This document shows positions 61,589-64,000 of a stretch of DNA of 64,000 bases, one piece after another (within the stretch, counting starts at the first letter, position 1; the number at the start of each line of letters is the position of its first letter). The notes under the pieces were generated by a model, which ran no database searches, had not been told where the DNA came from, and saw only the letters and a program-made list of their open reading frames with translations. Source of the DNA: Squalus acanthias (Eukaryota). A program made the position numbers and the translations under genes. Location of the stretch: positions 23,934,001 to 23,998,000 of the forward strand of contig CM059432.1 in NCBI GenBank assembly GCA_030390025.1, written 5' to 3'.

Positions 61589-61935
61589 TTTTTTTAAATT
61601 CAATCCGGGATATGGGCGTCGCTGACAAGGCCAGCATTTATTGCCCATCCCTAATTGCCCTTGAGAAGGTGGTGGTGAGCCACCTTCTTGAACCGCTGCA
61701 ATCCGTGTGGTGAAGGTACTCCCACAGTGCTTTTAGGGAGGAAGTTCCAGGAGTTTGACCCAGCGATGATGAAGGATCGGCGATATATTTCTAAGTCAGG
61801 ATGGTGTGTGGCTTGGAGGGGAACTTGGAGGTGGTGGTGTTCCCATGAGCCTGCTGCCCTTGTCCTTCTAGGTGGAAGAAGCTGCGGGTTTGTGAGCTGA
61901 GAACTCATTCTGCATGCAGCCACAGCACAATGGTG
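61589..61935 (-). mobile_element. Zenon-like LINE 3' fragment
   Basis: HGLQRFKKVAHHHLLKGN and family 3' UTR. Confidence 0.88.
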
Positions 61936-63634
61936 ACTAGTTCCATGCACCATTGAAAACCATGGCCGCCAGGAGTGTTATGCCTCGAGAGAGAGAGAGA
62001 GAGGGAGCAAGACCACCTTGTGAAGCGTTATTCTATGCCCTGGATGCACACCACCTTGTCAATATCGCAGCGCTTCCTCTGCAAGGTAATGCGGAGCTGA
62101 AGTCAGTCTGCGGTGTAAATGGAGTGTTTATCATTCCTTCAGATGAGATTAATTTACATGACAGTAACAACGGAAACAAAATAAAAGACGCTAACCATCA
62201 GAAAGAAATTAAATGGGAACGACAATACTTATAAAGCAAAGGCACTTTAACAAAGCAAAAACTCATACAATCTAAATTCAGACTTAATGCCTTGTGGAAT
62301 GGACAAAATTTAATTTCCCCTTTACATGACAGAAACCATACTCTGTGAGTGTGGAGATTGCTCAGAGAATCTATTAACCTGGCAATTTAAAAAAACACAA
62401 GCAGCGGTCAAGTTAATTGTATGCATGGAAAGAACTGAGAGAAACCATGAAATTGACACAATAGAAATTAATCAACTTTACTGAGCCCTTGGGTCAGGCT
62501 GAGGATGATCAGAAATTCTTTGATCTACCTACTTCCAAATTCATTATCTCAGGGGAAAACTAAAAGGATAAATTACAGCTGTACAAACTGCAGGTGTGAT
62601 AAAGACTTCAAGCTTAACACCCAAGGAGTTTTGAACTAGGCAGTTTGGTTTCTGAGGGAACTCTGCTGATATTTCAAAAATGTAGTAAAAAAAAAGTCTG
62701 CTTCTTAAAATAACAGTTCATTTTTTCCGCTTACGCTTACAATGATAACATTTTTCAATGTATTTTCACCATCAGCAAAGCCAGACCTATGTCCCACCCT
62801 TGTCCTGATTCCTGACCCTATCCTGACCTTTCTTGTTTTGGAGGCGACAAAAGCTGGCAACCTTACATTACATTTGAGTAACTACAAAAGGGCCTTCTTG
62901 ACACTACAGAGTGGCAAAGGAGAAAACTACTTCACAGGTTAATATGATGGAAGACAAGCTATAGACGTGGGAGTATTTTCTGCCGACATTGGCTGCCCAA
63001 GGTGGAAGACCGCTCAGTTCTTCAGAATTGGCATCTTCACCAGCACAGAATTCACAAAATATATAAAGAACACAAATTCCAACATATATTTAATGATTGA
63101 TAGCTATAGTCATTGAGGGTGCAAGCTCTGTGCTCATAGTGAATGCTTCAGGCTGTGTTATTCTGTAATAACAGGCACCTTTCTTCTGTAATGCCATGAA
63201 GGAACTTTTGTAGTGCAGTCAAAGGAAACGTAGGGTTGCCACCTCCAAAACAAGGTAAGGTCAGGATAGGGGTGGGTCGTGGCTTGGGTTCTTGCTTTGC
63301 TGCTGCTGAAAATTCATTGGAAATTTTAATCAGCTCAGTGTCTCCTATTCTAACATAACCCACATTCGGATCGTCACCATGAAATAGATACGGCAAAAAT
63401 GTCAATTTAATAACTCTTATTGCACAATTTTGGATTTAGTGAACTCCTTTTGTGAAAGCTTTTACCACATACTAATGCTGACTGGAGCATTCCCTATGAC
63501 TATTAGTGAATAGGTCACCATGTAGCTGCTGAGCCGTGATGGTTGAGCTTCTCCTGAGTATGCATGTTGTTCTAGGCATCAGTGTGCTCTCCATCAACCA
63601 AAAGGACCAGCACGATTCAGTAACTTATCTAACC

Positions 63635-64000
63635 AAAAGAAAAACTTGCATTTGTATAGCGCCTTTCACAACCTTGGGATGTCCAAAGCGCTTTACAGCC
63701 AATGAAGTACTTTTGAAGTGTAGTCAAATGTAGGAAACGCGGCAGCCAATTTGTGCACAGCTGGCTCCCACAAACTGCAATGAAATAAATGATCAGATCA
63801 TCTGTTTTAGCTGTTGGTTGAGGGATAAATGTTAGCCAAGAAACTGGGAGAACTCCCCTGCTCTTCTTCGAATAGTGCCGCATGATCTTTTACATCCACC
63901 TGAGAGGGCAAACGAGACATCGGTTTAATGTCTGATTTGACAGTGCAGCACTCCCTCAGTACTGCACAGAAGTGCCAGCCAAGATTTTGTGTGCAAGTCT
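63635..64000 (-). mobile_element. DeuSINE, runs off the window end
   Basis: Matches 45845-46240. Confidence 0.9.

Overview
Vertebrate nuclear DNA, almost certainly from a shark or ray, inferred from HE1/V-SINEs, SacSINE1-like DeuSINEs and abundant CR1 LINEs. I recognise no host protein-coding gene, and the window reads as intronic or intergenic sequence dominated by nested transposable elements. It contains: (i) many CR1 LINEs, including one with an uninterrupted 983-aa APE+RT ORF2 (53744-56695, minus) and one with an intact zinc-finger/SGNH-esterase ORF1 (26251-27204, minus); (ii) a second, Zenon-like CR1-group LINE family that appears to have a single ORF and a tRNA-derived 5' head (49605-52870 and 12654-14480); (iii) L2 fragments; (iv) four SINE families (Deu, HE1/V, AmnSINE2-like, LF-SINE-like); (v) a fossil two-gene PIF/Harbinger transposon (spliced Myb/SANT gene on plus, DDE transposase on minus) spread over about 37.5-48.4 kb by later insertions; (vi) young CpG-rich MITEs of about 0.9 kb with 16-bp TIRs and 3-bp TSDs, one inserted into another copy of itself; and (vii) short Penelope-like fragments, one forming a near-perfect hairpin of about 50 bp. 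A candidate 24-nt host microexon lies at 32226-32249 (minus). Family names come from recalled consensus motifs, not from database searches, and boundaries of old copies are approximate.
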